Positions 11,601 to 26,600 of a stretch of 64,000 nucleotides of DNA are shown here, piece by piece. The DNA is taken from NCBI RefSeq assembly GCF_002571385.2, contig NW_019217917.1, positions 133,906 through 197,905 of the forward strand, read 5' to 3'. Numbering within the stretch: position 1 is the first letter of the stretch; the number at the start of each line of letters is the position of its first letter. Below the pieces are notes generated by a model. It made no database searches. It worked only from the letters and a program-made list of their open reading frames with translations, and was not told the origin of the DNA. The stretch is from Stylophora pistillata. Taxonomy: Eukaryota. Both the position numbers and the translations under genes were made by a program.

Positions 11601-14600
11601 NNNNNNNNNNNNNNNNNNNNNNNNNNNNNNNNNNNNNNNNNNNAACAAATGGTAAACACCACAGCGTACACTATTGAGTTATGGATGCACTTGGGAGGTT
11701 TGCTAAGCACTCAAGAAGCTAGAGTCGCTCTCGCCTATCGCCTCGAGCGACTCTTACGCTTCTTTCGTGCTTAGCAACCTCCCGCGTGCATCCATAACTC
11801 AATAGTGTACGCTGTGGTGTTTACCATTTGTTTTATAACATAACATTGATACATTGTAGCTAAAGAGTTCCCTTTTATTTAACAAATCTTACGTGACCAG
11901 AAAAAACAAGCGCGCGCGGAAAAATAGTCTTTGCATTTGCTCACGTCAGCAGCGTACACCCATGGGCAAATGGGGGACGCTAAATTGACCAATCAGAGCG
12001 CGCGCTTTACTTTGGTTATGTTAAAAAGTTTCTTTAGAAACTTACCCCCTTTGCAAAACTCACTCTGTTCTACTTGAGGTTAAGCAATTTATTTCCATTG
12101 CGCAATTTATTACGTGTGGAAGGTCTGTAAGGAATCTGGCATTTTTCGCGCCACAACCGTCCCAGACCCGTTGCAGACCACTCACACTCTCGTTTCGCTC
12201 GCCTGTTTGTAACACGTACGCTTTGCCGATCTTTTCGCAGTACTAGAGCCTGCTTGTAGGCTAATACTAAATAGGAAAACAAACGCCGGTCTGTTCGGTC
12301 ATTGATCTCGAATAGCCAAAATGGAGCGAAATTTGCAACCGTCACGGTTCGTTCAGTTGCAAATTTCGCAATGTAATCGAGTGATTGATGTTTGAAAGAA
12401 TCTACAAAATAGCCCTCTTAAGACTAAGATTAAGTTTCTTTTCATCCTATGATTATTTTTAAGCATTTTTGTTTTAGTTTTATTGGCCTCATGTATATCT
12501 AAAATACTTTAGAACACTATTTTCCATTTGATTTACAGCTTCTACTTCCTCTGCATCTGAGTTGAAAAAACAAGCTCTTGGAAGATCTAACAGTGTTGGA
12601 ATTATCGAGAACATTAATACAAAAGCCTTTCAGCGTTCACCCCTGGCCGGCGAAATACACTACGGTAAGAGAAAACGCAAATTAAAAATAGAAACTGTCT
12701 TTGAAAGTAGGAGATAATTGCTTTGCCGATGGTGGCCATTACGTGTACCGGGGCCCGTTTCTCGAAAGTCACGGTAACTTAACGGACCCAAGCAATGTTT
12801 TAAAATCAAAATTTAAAGGATAGGAAAGTAGGCTCTGGCACCCACGCCAGTCCTCTTTGTTTGTTTAACTGATAGTTATCGTATCATTTCCAAAACTTGT
12901 GAAATCCCCGTCTTGAAAGAAAACAGAATAGCTTTACGGGCCCGTTAAGTTACCGGGACTTTCGAGAAACAGGTCCCTGGTCTAATAACAATTTTTTTTG
13001 ACTCGTGTAATAACCCTTCAACACACTGGGGTGTAACCACGTGGCGCGTGGCTATGCCAATAGGGAACGTTTGCCTCAAAGTGGGGTATATATACTACGG
13101 TGTACAGCAGGAAGTCGATAAGGGCGAGGGGTTATGAAATCGCCTCATTTCTCACGTTACACTTGCTATTTACAAATAATTGGTGAAATATGATATGTTA
13201 TTTTTACTGGCAAAAATAATAGTGAAAACAAGGCGAGCGTGATAACGATGAGTTTTTGTTTGATCGAGTCAATTATAAGGATTAATTAATTAAGAGCAGT
13301 TTTTCATTAGTGTTCATTTCTAGACTTGTCGCTCATTTAAGGCAATGTACCCTATATACTGCCTTGGCTTGCAAAGGGCAAGATTAGTTATACCTTTTCG
13401 TTAAATCAATGAATTTCATTTCGGTTTCATGAAATGTATGAAAGCAGGAGCCCACGGGCTCTTGATCAAAGCGATCCTCGCAGTAATAAACCCTACTTAT
13501 GTAGTAGTGGAAATAAGGCCTGAGGAGAAATTCAAGCCCGTACGGGATTTGAACCCATGACCTCTGCGATACCGGTGCAGTGCTCTACCAACTGAGCTAA
13601 CAAACCAACTGGTTACTTAGCAACGTTTGAGTTGCTTTGCAGAAATGATATTTTAAACCAGCAGAGCTATTTTTAAGCTAAAGTAGTATTTTTTACGACG
13701 AGAAAAACATTTGTTGATTTTATACCTCAGCATGATATGCAAAGATAATCAATTTTGAATTATCATCGCTTTCCAGCGCGGATAATTGACGCTGCATGGA
13801 CACTTTTTTTCCAGCATATTCCACTTGATTTTTTAATCGTGTAAACGGAAATGAAATAAATGCTGAAGGAATTGTACAGGTCTCCACTCCACCCACGTAC
13901 CACCCATTCAGTCGTTTGAGCGCCTTATCTGACTCGCAAAGACGGATATCGATTATCATTTAGAGGGCCGGAACGACCAGAAATGTTATCAAATGGTTAA
14001 CATAACCAGCCATTTGATTGATGTTATTTACTGACGGCGGTATGTAAATGTCTGCTCATTACTCTAAATGTTATCTTTTATCATCGCCTGGGCGAATATT
14101 ATCACAATATGGCAAAGTTACATTCCAAATGGATCTCGATAGCCCGCCTTAAACTGGTTCAAGTAATTAACATTTGGCTCAGAGAATGCCATGTAAAGAT
14201 GTGCTTACTGCTCTGATCTTAACTTTTTGATGATCAAAACCTGCCAAGAAAGTCTAAGCTCTTTCTATGGATTTCGCGTGACGAACTAATCGGCATATTT
14301 TTTGCAGTTTAAGTGTTCCCCTTTTGTTCTTAATTGCTGTTTAACGATGTTGCGTGGGTCAGTTAACGTAACTTCGATTGGTGCAAAGTCGTTGCACTTG
14401 TGGTGTGGAATTAGCAATTGAAAGCAGGGCTTTTTGCAAAGAGTAATAGCTTTTAACTTTTTGTTTAAGAAGTGATGTTCTTCCTAGACGCTTAACATGT
14501 TATCAGACTATAGCTAGCGGTTTTGCGGTCGAAGTTTGATCGGCACCCAGTTAAGCGTAAATCACGCAATTTGTGTTGGAAAGTTTGTCAGCTACTCGGT

Positions 14601-17600
14601 AACTTAGCAACGATAGTCATCGTTCGTTTTTATGTTCACCTCACTGAACCTCTTACTCGAAGAAAAAACTCTTACGGGCTAGAACTGGACTAAGTTAGCG
14701 ATACATATTGGCGCAGACCTAAAGATTCAAGACAGGGCGGGGACAGGTTGTGTCATGCGTATTTGTACGCCTTGAGTGAATTTGAGTGGTGCTCTTTTCC
14801 CCTCTTTTATTCGTTTGCTTTTTAGTCCGGGGTTTCTTTCCTCAAGGATCAGTAGCATCGGCCCTGTGTAAATTGTGCAAAATGGAATTGTGTGATCTAC
14901 TCCTTTAATAGGTTGAAAATAAAGGCCACGGGGTTTGATATTGTTATGACAATTGCCTTATCAGTTAAAAGGATTTTTGCAGAATGCACTATGTGATATT
15001 GCTTTATGGTCTTTCAATCCGATTGATAGAATAATCTAGAAAGACTTTCTCAAGAGGGCGCTTTTTTTGTGGGCAATTTGCCATTGCTGTCTCCATTACT
15101 TCACAACTATCCTGTTGCTCATAATGGCGAAGTCATACCGTGTAACTTAATTCAGCTGTTCACTTGTATTGCGTTTTTCCTCGGGTAGACAAAGTTAGTC
15201 TGAGCGGCTCTATATAAAATGGAAAGCGCACGTGTCGGTCAATGCATCTACGACGCTCTCGGTGCCTTATTCTTCTCATTGAATGGCATCGATCACGCCG
15301 GCCACAAGAGCAGTCTCCTTATTGGCTAAGTAAACTAGCGCACTGATCTGCCGACAGAAAAAAGTCTCAAAAGGAATTAACCAAGACAACATGAAGCCAT
15401 TTGTCTGAAGGAAGATTTTGGCTTGAAAACGAAGCATTATAGGATAAAGTTTATGTAATAAGTCTCTACAGCTTAGTCTCCCAGTTCACAGAGGTGAGAT
15501 TTGTCATCGATTGGTTTTATTAGTCACAACAATGTTCCTTTATTTTTGAGCTGTGAGATCTGAGTAAGACAAAAAGACAAAATCCGATTAACTCTCAGCA
15601 GAATCTCCCTGTGTTTTTGAGACCCCGCTATTGCATTGCAAGCGCATAGCCAGACAACAACATAACTAGCTTATCAACCTCTGTATTGCTTCAAAATAGC
15701 CTTAATTCCGAATTAAACCTTAATACTAGTCGCCCAAGACTTATCTCAAATCTTCCATGTATTATAAAAGAAAAAACTGCTTGATTCTTTCCATTCACTC
15801 GCGCGGGGTGTGGCTTATTGCCCTGTTAAAAGCCGATCTCTTCACGAATAGCGTTATAGTTTTAGGTTTATTTGTTTAGCCCCGATTTTACCATTAATTT
15901 GTCTCGTGCTGTTAACTCATTCGTCGCCTTAAACTGTAATCTCTGGCTTAAGAGATCAGAAACCGATCGAATAGGAAATATTTCATAAAACATTTCTTTT
16001 CAGGCCTATCCATTCGATATTTGTTATGGGGTAACGGCTTTTACACCTGATGATTAGAATTTTGGCCATTTAACAGCTGACGGCTAAATTTTGTTTTGCC
16101 TTTTTACGGCTAACGGATTTACACTATTGAGACCCTCTTTTAATAATTAGCAAAGAATCACCCCTGAGTAGGGAGGTTTGAGCGACCCCTTAGGCCCCCC
16201 CCCATTTTTTTCCTACTACTGGAGAGTATAATTTTTGCTCTCTTGTTTTAAAAAATTAACTTTATAAGAGTGATCAGCATTGTAATTCTCTTCACACTGA
16301 TACCGCTGAATTATTTATTAAGATGAATAAAGGCTGATAGTTTCGAAAGAAACTGTTTGGGACTGCGTCTGTGGGAGTAACGAAATAATTTCGACGAAGG
16401 GCTAACGCTCGAAACGTCAGCTTTTGTAATCATTACGGTGGCCAATTTACCATTTCAACTTTACGTATATGTGCACGATCCTTCGCAGTAAAGCACTATT
16501 TGAGCAATAGTGAAAATCAGACCTGAAAAAAATTTTTCAGGCCTGTACATTTCAACTTTGTTGATATATCCAAATTATTTATTAAGATGATGAGTAAAAA
16601 AGGAAATAATCACCCACTTTAACCTTCAAAACTTTGATCGTTTAAAGAACTCACCTTGTTGGTACCAAACAAATGTATAGAGAACAGTATAGGGAATTCA
16701 GACAACGATGTTAGATTGTAAAGGGTAAAACCAGGTTCGAACCATGGGGAAGTTGTAGTCAACGTGAATACCTGCACAATTTACTAACACAAACGCAAAA
16801 CAAAATTCCCAAAAAGAGCAATAGATTGGACCAGACTGCGGTAAAAATAGCCATAAACATTTGAAACCACTCCAAACGACACCCAATACCTGCCGTATTG
16901 ACTTTGAAGGCTTTTTCAATTACCATAAAACATTGCAGACGCCACCGACGAAACATGAATATTCAACGCGCAACTCTCAGCGCAGTGAACTGTGATCCCG
17001 ACGTGTATTGTTCGCCGTAAAAATATCCTTTGCATCACCGACGAGTGGGATTGTTTGGACCATAAGCACGTTTTAATTACTCGAGCTTCTTTCGAATACA
17101 GCGCTTTGGGGTTGTTCTTAGTTACAATACTGTTGAGCGAAATCTATTGAACGACCTCGAGCAGCTCTTCAAGAGTCATCTCTCTTCACCTCTCATTGGT
17201 GTGACTACGTAGATTCAGGTGAGTTGAAGTGATTTAGGAAAACCGCGAGAAAGAATGGCATCGTACGGGCGTAGTTTTGTTAGCTATGCGAGACATGTCG
17301 GCGCAACGAGTCGCTAAATTTTTTTGAGTACAGTCGTCCGATATTTCCTGTTGATGCCATTGTATGCGCTTTTACCGTCCAGCGCGACAGTGTGGCCGCT
17401 CGGCACGTTTCAAATCGAGCATTTACAAAAACGTCCCGTACTTGCCACCGATGAAAACGTGGTTAAATTTGTGTGGTTACTCGACAGTTCCGACAAGGAC
17501 GCTTAAGTTCTAAAACTCTTGGATAATCCTAATGTACAACTGACGTTTGAAGAGGTTATAAATATCCCTGCAAGTCTGGTTTGTTGGCTAGAATATTATT

Positions 17601-20600
17601 TGCCTTCTCTGAACTTCGTTACCACGATATACATGTAGCTAATGTTTTTGGATTGAGTTGTATGAATTATCGATCAAATATCTAACTTGGTGAGGCTGGA
17701 ATCCGCACTTTCAGGTCTATGTTTTGCTGTTTATGTTTTTCTTGTCATTTACGATCTACGCCCAGCGCTGTAAGCAATGATTCACGATCGTGTGAAAAAT
17801 TTTTAGATGCCTTTTTGTTCTTTAACAATATGACGTGTCAAAGAGCAACATGCTTTTAGTTTTTATTACGATCAGGCCAACGTTTCTTGCAAGTGAATTT
17901 TCGCTTTCTTCCATGAAAGGAACGACATCGAAATTTTTAGTCGATAGGAAGTGAAATTGAAAATCACTTGGGCTGAAGGGTTTTGGGAAAACTGCAGCTC
18001 TCATTATGCAAATACACCAATAACGCATTGAATTAGGGTACTCGTGTTTTGATTTTCAATTGAAATATAACTTCGCAATTTCAAACTTTTTCGTGAGAAA
18101 TAGGAAATAATTTCTGACTAAGACAGAATTGGGTATTTCTCTATTAAATTAAGGAATGAAGCTTTTGTGTCACTATGATGGGTCGGCCCATCACTCATAT
18201 TTACATCTGTGGCGCTGAATAGTTGCTGCTGTTCCTAATTGAGTCGCAGTTGGTTGTCATTCATGAACGGGTGTAGCTTATAAAACACAAACGGAAATAA
18301 TTGAAATGGAAGCAGCTGTAATTCAGATGACCCGTTCGTGGGAAAAAGCGTGACGCGTGCTAAGGTAGAATCGAAAGTTGACGTGAATTAAGTGCAAACC
18401 GAAATTGACAAGTGACATATCTTTTACCCCTTCGGTACGGAAGGTCAGATATGTATTTTTAAACTCGATTTTGTTCTTCATCGTTGAGTCCATGATATCT
18501 CGTAATTTTTAAAGTAGCTTAAACCTCATAAAGCAACGATATTGGTTATATCAGACACTTATACTCCGGTGTTGAACGTTAAAGCCAACTAAGCACCTGA
18601 GATTTGGGATTTTTCGCCCGCGAAGTGCTCTTGTGGATGCTTCATAGAACGTATTTACCAGACAGCGAAATAATCCTGGTGTTTACTCAAGCTGCGCTTT
18701 GTTACAACCTCGTTTGTTATGATTTTCTTTGGAGTCGAATTTGTTTGCGAAACAACAGCTTTCGTACACAAACTGACTCCATTCTCTCGGAAACATGACA
18801 TTAAATGAGTAACCAGGATCTGTGAGGGATTTGTGTGGGATTTGTGCGCATGTTGTCGAAGCTGATAGATCTGCGCAGCAAAATATTGGAACAGTGTCGT
18901 AAATTCATTTTATTTATATTTTACCCGTTAGTGATCGCACCTTAAGTGTAAACGCAGTTGAATATGTTAATATCCCTACAAGAAACACGTTTAGAGGTGA
19001 TCGCAGCGGACCCTAGAGAGTAGCTTCGCTTTCTCCTTGCTAGCCACGCACGCGATGTCACTCCAATATTTTATCGTAGGTCAAGAATGAGTCTCATTAG
19101 TTACCGTACTAAAAAGCCTGTTGGTTTTGTGGGTCTCCGTTCTAGATGCGTCCAAACGAAACAGCTGTTTTGAAATAAGATCTAACGAGATGCCAAAGAG
19201 ATCTACACCAGGCGAGCGCGAGAGAAAGTCGTCCTCTCGTTTATTCCGTTCGATGTCTTTGAGCGGACGCAAACAGACGAATAAAGAACAGCCAGCTGGC
19301 GACGATAAGAGGAATTCGGCTATTTCTATTTCGGATAATGAAAAGGTCACCGTGCTTATGGATCACAACGCGCAGCTTTTAGACGAGAAAAACAAAGCTC
19401 TGGACGAGTGTGATAAAATGAACAAAGATCTACTAGATGCTAACGACAAATTAAAGGAGGCCGAGCGAGAGATCGAAAATTTGAAAGACATGCTGAGCAC
19501 AAAGATAAAGCAAGAATTTGATAACTGCGAGGTGGATGCAGGAGATAAAAGAACTCGAATGTCTTATAGTGATTTCGAACTAGAACCTCTGGAGACAAAA
19601 GACAATGTGGTTTTTCCTTCTAAAGTTGAACACCTCGAGACCACCATTCAAGCAAGCGCTATTCCATTTCAGAAGTCTTCTTCGTGTAAGGAGTGCGAAC
19701 GTTTAAAACAGTCTCGGATCAAAGCTGTCGTGGAAGCTATCGCTCTAAGGAAATACGTCAAAAATCTGAACGACGCTCTTTCTGGTGGCGATGCGGGTAA
19801 ACAGAACTTTTTGAACGACGTTCAGAAGAAACTCATTTCTGCACAAACTGAGAAAGAGGTCGCTCTGGAAGAACTTGCAACTGTTATTGATCAAAGGAAT
19901 CAAGCAGTTAGAGAAAAGGACAGAGCACTCGAGGAATGGGGAAAAGCAACGGGTAAATGGGAGAATACTTTGGACCAGTTAGATTCCCTTGTGAAAGAAA
20001 TGAATAAGGTAAGATGTCTACAAATCATACCTGTGTTTGTTTGCGTGTGATGCGCGCGCGTTATCATACACGCACACTCGAGATACAGTTTAAGTCAAGT
20101 CCCTTTGATTCGGTTAATCGCGAAAAGAAGGCACTCATAAAAGTTTTAATGACGTAGAGAAGGATTTGATTTTAAAGGATATCAACGATCCCTCTTCAGA
20201 GTTTTTTGGTTATAAATTTTAGACCAGAGAGAACTGATTGTTTGTAAAGTGGCATTAACATGGGCATTTTTTCCAAGGAAAATGTGGCGTTAAATTCAAA
20301 TTGCTAGCTTTTTCTTATGTGTTTGAACTAACAGTGCAAACGAAATGTAACAAAGTATTAGTAGTTGCCGAAAATGTAAATTTGTATGACCGAATGATCA
20401 AACCGTGTCCAAAAAGATCTGACAATGTCGAAAAAAGGTTTGCGAAGAAAGTTCACTCAGTCCTGATTTTCTCCAACCAGAAAGCTCGTCTTGGAAGTGC
20501 ACAGCTATAGATTTTCCGTTTTTCGTTATCTGCTATTTTGTGCATAGACGAATATAAGAAACACTTCAGGTGATCTTTGAAGTATGCACAGGTCGCGCGG

Positions 20601-23600
20601 TTTACTTTACGTAAGGAAGGAGGAAATTTTCGGTGCAAACATGTGCGCTTGTGCCGTTCAGGAAATGGCCGTCTTTAGAAAATATTGATTGTCTAAAAAC
20701 CACAGATATATCGTGATTACTGGACCAGTACTGCATCTTCTCACGTACAGAACACTCCAACGTTTACAAGAGAAATTATCAAGAAGTATTTTTTTTTGCT
20801 TCGCTAGAGCAAGCACTTGTAGAAGTTCTTTTCTTTACTCGGCGCTCGAAAACAGGTCATTCTAGTTCTAGTCTCCAACGTAGCTGACTTAACATCATGT
20901 TCAATTCAACTTTACATTCACCTTGTTTTCCTAATTTCCAGTGTTACTCGTATTTGCTGTTTGTAGATCATCTTGATAGATGTCATGACAAACGCCACAA
21001 AAATTCAAAATATTTTAATGACTGTACCGCAAGAATGGATTTCACAATAGGATAACTAAGTTGTCGCTCTTACGTATGATTATCTCACGATCTAATCAGA
21101 GTTAAACTTATATGTATTGTTGCCAAACAGATCTTATCATGTACCCTTGTTAATGACTTAGAAAGAGCGCAAAGACAGCGTGATCTTTTCCTTTGGGCTT
21201 ACTAAGGTCTCGTGGCTTTTGATATTTTGCCTCGGCGGGGGATTCCTTTGGTACTGATGCTTGAAAGAAAGCACGCACAGCTTTAGATGTATATTTGAAA
21301 ACAAAATAGGGGTTGTATTGACAAGTACAATATATTTCCTAATATTTTGCCACGTATCGGACGAGTTATAAATCATTAAATGGCGATAGGCCAAAATTAT
21401 ACTAACGGTTTGTGATCGATTTATCATGGTCGTTTAATTTGTCAGTCGTAACGAGATTGTGCATACCAAACGGTTTAGCCTGAATCGAAAGCAAGCAAAT
21501 TGAAATTGTGGACAAAAATGTCCAGAAACGAATCTTGAGCGAGTGATGATTGATATTACCGCAGTGGGTAGATCAAATATTGAAGGAAAAAAAATGGACA
21601 AAATGTTGAAATGGCTTTGCAAGAAAAACAAAGACAACAGAGCCAGTCCTAATATGGAATGTAAAGACACCTTGCGCACTCTTAAAAACTCCAGATGCTG
21701 GACTTGCTTAATGCATGAGAGCTCTAAATAGGACTTTTCCATCGCCCTTCGGTGTATATCACAAACATCGGCAGATATCATTACCCTAAAAAAGGGGGTT
21801 CTTTTCTTGTCTGTAGGGTTAGGCCCTCATTTCTCTGAGATGGGTGAGGATACACGACGGTCCTTTTTCCGATGTTTGGGTTAAAACTGAAATGACCAGA
21901 TATTTATTTGTCAGGAATTTATTTGAGTACCTCAATAACACCCATTAAAGTTCGCATATAAGCATAGTTTCATGTAGAAAGGAGTTTTTACGGTTAAGAA
22001 GCTGTAATTTTAAATCTGGAAGGACATATTATGTCTTATTATGTCTATTATGAGGATATGCATATAGCACATCAGTAGATGAGTCAGTTAGTTAGTTTCT
22101 TGGCTACCATCATGCTGGTCGGTTCAGTAACCAGCTCATTTATCAGTGAGAGAGCTATTCTAGAGACCAGCCAGTCACTCAGTCAACTTTGCGGTCAATC
22201 AAACAATTAATTTGTCAGTAAGGGTTGCCCGTGGGCAGTTCCGTCCATCGACGGTTCCGTGAGTCAACCAGTTAGTCAGTTGGTCAGGGATTTAGTGAGT
22301 CAATCAATGGGCTAATCAGTCAGTCCGTTGGCCGCTAAATTGGTTACTTGGTCAGCTTGTCTGTCGGACAATCGTCAGGGGCCATGTCAGCTACTCATGA
22401 GTTTTCCATGTATTTTGTTTGCAGGTGAAAGCAGAACGCGATGATCTAACCAAAAAACTAAAAAGAAAGGAGGAAGCTTTAGAGAGAGTCAGAGAGGAGA
22501 CATCTTTGTTATCGGAACAGATTGAAGTTACTAAGCAAGATTCAAATGAATCCATAGAAGAAGAAGATGTTACTCCCAGGGACACATTCGTGAACACGGA
22601 AACTGCAAGAAAATTGAGCACTGAACTCACAAAGGCTCAGCAACGAAATATTGATATGGACGCTCAAGTAACATCATTGGAAGAGAAATCAGAGTCGTAT
22701 AAGAGAGAGAGAGACCATGCGAAGGAACAGTGGAGGCAATCTGTGAAGGAACGAAAGAGGTTGCATCGTGAGATTGCAAGTATTGTTCAAGCAAGGGATG
22801 AAGCGATACAAAAATGTTTTTCCACCGCAGAACAATTAGAGAAACTGAAAGAGGAGTATAATCACCTGCTGAACCGGTTAGCAAAAACCGGTTTGAGTGC
22901 CAATAACACAAGTGAACTATCAATTCCATGTTCTCTCAAGGAGTGTAAATTTTGTGCGGGTGACTCTGCTGGAGGGCTAGAGGTAACACCACATTAGCTT
23001 ATGGCCAACTGCTTCATGATAGGGAAATAAAATTTAGGCTTTTGAGCTAGAGAAAATAGTGAGAACTATTTCCCCCTTCCCCCCTCTCCGTTCCTTTTCG
23101 TCCCTCAATAGCTGTGGCCACCCCCTACTGGGACCAAATGGTCCCGTGGGAGGGAGTTCTTTTTATTTTATCAGTAGAGCCCGGCTCTATTTCCTCCACA
23201 TGGCCGAATAAAAATTACCAAGTGTCTGATCATAAATTATAGCCTTTGCTTATACATACGCACCCTATTTCGAGTTCGTATGACCTAAAAGCAAGATAGC
23301 CAGTACACATGATAACTTCTATCTTATTTTGAAAATTTATAATATCCTTGTGCGTTTAGTCTCCAGATTCGTCGTTCACCGAAAGTGAAGAAATTCGAGT
23401 AACTTTAGAAAAGGTATGTTCATATTGTTGAAGACCTCTGTTTGTCACATTTATAGGCGTTAATATCAACTTTTCTGAACGGCATAGAAATTGTCGTCAG
23501 GCTGATTTGAAGACGATGGCGACGAGTGCTATAGTGCTATAGTAAAAATGACGTTGGTGGCATAAGTGCTTCTCTCAGATTTTAAACACTTTACACAAAA

Positions 23601-26600
23601 ACATCGGTGTCTGTATTCTCCTTTTATACATTTCAGGAGAATTTGTTTAGCGGTCAAATTTTCTTGGTTTGGGTTTCATTTCCTTTATTCTCCTGGGCCC
23701 AGATGTTCGAAGGCCGATTAGCGCTAACCCGGGGTTAAATTTTAATCCCGGTTTCCATATTTCTCTGTTCAAAAGCCGTTTTGGAACAATTTTCCTTTTT
23801 CTTTTTAGAGTATTTAATCCCTCAAATTGTAGACAATGGAATTAAACTGAATTTTCTGTTAAAAGCTTTTAGACCTGATATCAAATTTCACACTAAACCT
23901 GGGTTATCTGAACCCAGCTTTGAACAATCCGGCCTAGATCTTAATAAATGATTCAGCTGTATTACAGTAAGGAGAAATTAGATACTGGTCGCTGTCACTC
24001 TTAGCGCTTAAAGGGTTAACTGACATATCATGAATTGCGTTCTTTACCACGAAAATAGGAAAAGAAGTAAGGGATGTTTTTTCTTGTGATCTAGGATGAT
24101 CCACTGGACTCCATCAAATTGGGCCGAGTTTCCATGAATGGAAGATCTTTTACTGCTATACTTGATGTGGAAAAGGGGTTAGGGAGCTCGAAGAGCATAA
24201 GGTATTCAATGCTAATGCTGGTGTCTCAGTAACTTAATGTTGTTTTGATTTCTTTGATTACGCGTAGTTAATTGATACATAGATTGAAGAGTGTCCTACC
24301 CACTGGTGGACTTCACTTTTTAGCAACGTATTATTTAAGGCTGTTCTGCCATATTTAGAGCCTCTGAATGGTAAAGAGCATCTAAGATCACAAAATAGAA
24401 AATCGATCGAATTTCGTGAATCAGAATTTGGGAATAAAATCATCTGAAACAGCGCCCTTACTTCTTGAAAGCGTCATGATGAACAGCGTCCTTACTTCTT
24501 GAAAGGTCATGATGCGTACCTCCAAGAAGAGTAACGAGCTATGACTGAAGGATATGACAGACCCTCTTCCAATGATACAAATTCCAGCTCTGTAGTAGGC
24601 CTTGTTGTTAGAAATAAAATTAAAATGGCTGATGATTATTATTTTGTTGTTTCTAGAAAATATGATGAGATCGTCTCCATCAACGATATTCCAGTGACAG
24701 AGACCGACCAAAACCTAGTTAGATCTTTATTGGATGGCGCTCTTAGCTCACTAAACATGGTAAGCTTGGGGTTACTTCTGTGCGATTTCCTTACGATGAA
24801 AACATTTGTTTTTGTCGTCCATAGGGTAACAGTTGTAGTACCGCTTGATTGTTTGATATAGCGGGGCGCATTGCGTGCTCTTTTTTCAGTGTAAAATTGA
24901 AAGTTTTTCCACTCTGGTCCATTTATTTGGAGGACGGACCCTCCGTTGATTTCACTTTCTGTGCAGCGTGCGTTTTTCTCCAGTTTAACTCGAGCTACCA
25001 TCACCACTACCTGAGGGAAAAAACAAACGAGTGTTTTTCCAAACAGGAAAAGTATCAAACCGAGTTAAACTGATACGCAAACACAATCAGTGCGGATCTC
25101 AGTCAAGGTTGTAACCCTTGAGTCCCCTAACATCAGTTTGCATATTCTACATAATGTTCTTTAGACATTTCCTATAATGCGATCAGGAGAATTCGTCCAA
25201 CAATTAAGAACTTCTTAGGGTGGTGCTCATTTCCTCTATTCTCGTGACATAAGTGCTTGATTCAGCGGCGACGATGAAGAGAGAAATTAGATGCTAGATG
25301 TTAAAGGTTAGGTCTAGGACTGTAGCCCAAGACAAATTGTGGCAATTAATGTGTGCCCCTTTCAGTGTTGGATTACTGTGTTATAGGGAAACATCTGTGA
25401 CATTTAGTGTCGAGTTTGCACTGCATAGCAGTGGCAAGAAAGGCAAAATGCAAGGAACGGAAAATTTACTTAACGTTACTTAATGTTGTACCTTTAAGTG
25501 CAAATATATGATAAATTACGACTTACACACCGTTCTGCTCGTGACGTTTCTCAGGTCCTCAAGCGGCCAATTGGAACTTACCAGTTAAGTTTTGACTTGG
25601 ACCTCAAAGCACCGAAGAAATCTAAAGTCGGTGAGTGTAGCAGTCACGAGGAAGATCTGCTGTAATTGCACATTCCATTGACTTCTCTGGAAAGTAAACT
25701 GCAAAAATACTTTGTCTCACACCTTAGTGAATTCATGTTTTCCTTTGAAAAAGAACCGAATATTTCCTCAAAACTGAAGAAAATTTAACTGATTCGTTAC
25801 AGTCTATGTGCATGGCAGATGTTTTCAAGGTAATAAGATATAAATTCAAACCAGATATCCCATTCCCTTGCTCTCTCCCAGCTCACTCGTCGTTCCTGAC
25901 CTATTATCAGAGTCCAACATTGCTGGACTCTGATAAGGAAACATGACTTTACTAAAGATTTGATGTATATATACTGAATAAATATTTGTTCCTGTTCTTC
26001 CAGGTCTTGGTTTTGAGTGTGGGTTATATGTGAAAGATTTAAAGCATGGTTTTATTTCAGAAGATCAGAACAATCTGAAAATTGGAGATTACGTCATGAA
26101 GGTATTGACTTAATACATTTGATAATTGACATACTGTGGGCATCGGCTTCTAATGTTTAAAGGCTGTGAGCTGCTACACTAAACTGGTCGTAGATGTTAT
26201 TGGAATTCCAAAATTCAGGCTTAACGCTTAATGAACTCCAACTATAAACATTATTCTTGTTTTATAAATTCCTGCCGAGTGAGAAAAGCTCAAAGCTGAA
26301 GCGAAAAATTTGTCTCGGACTTTGTCTCCAAGTCTCTTTGTTTCTTTATTGCCATTAGTATCAGTGCTTATCTCAATCTTTCAATTTTTCACCACACAAA
26401 TGATGGAATACCTCACTTAGTCGGCTCGGCTGAAAACAGTATCTGCTGGACACTTCGTTGTTGTTGTTTCTGCTTATTTGCTCAAAGAACTCATTTACAT
26501 TTATATCTGTGGAGATAAGTAATCTTTTTAATTATGTCTTGTTTGTTCATCTAGGTCAATGGAAAACACCTTGATAAAATAATTGCCTCCTCGTTGGAGA

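Noticed and set aside
10848-11832. Large palindrome including unique flank, then a second inverted hairpin copy after the gap
   Set aside because: The left flank is mirrored exactly up to the N-run and the hairpin restarts after it. This is typical fold-back misassembly at a hairpin repeat, not a real structure.
22080-22380. Repetitive CAGT/GACT-like tracts (also 49630-49960)
   Set aside because: Decayed tetranucleotide microsatellites with no constant repeat-spacer structure, so not CRISPR-like.
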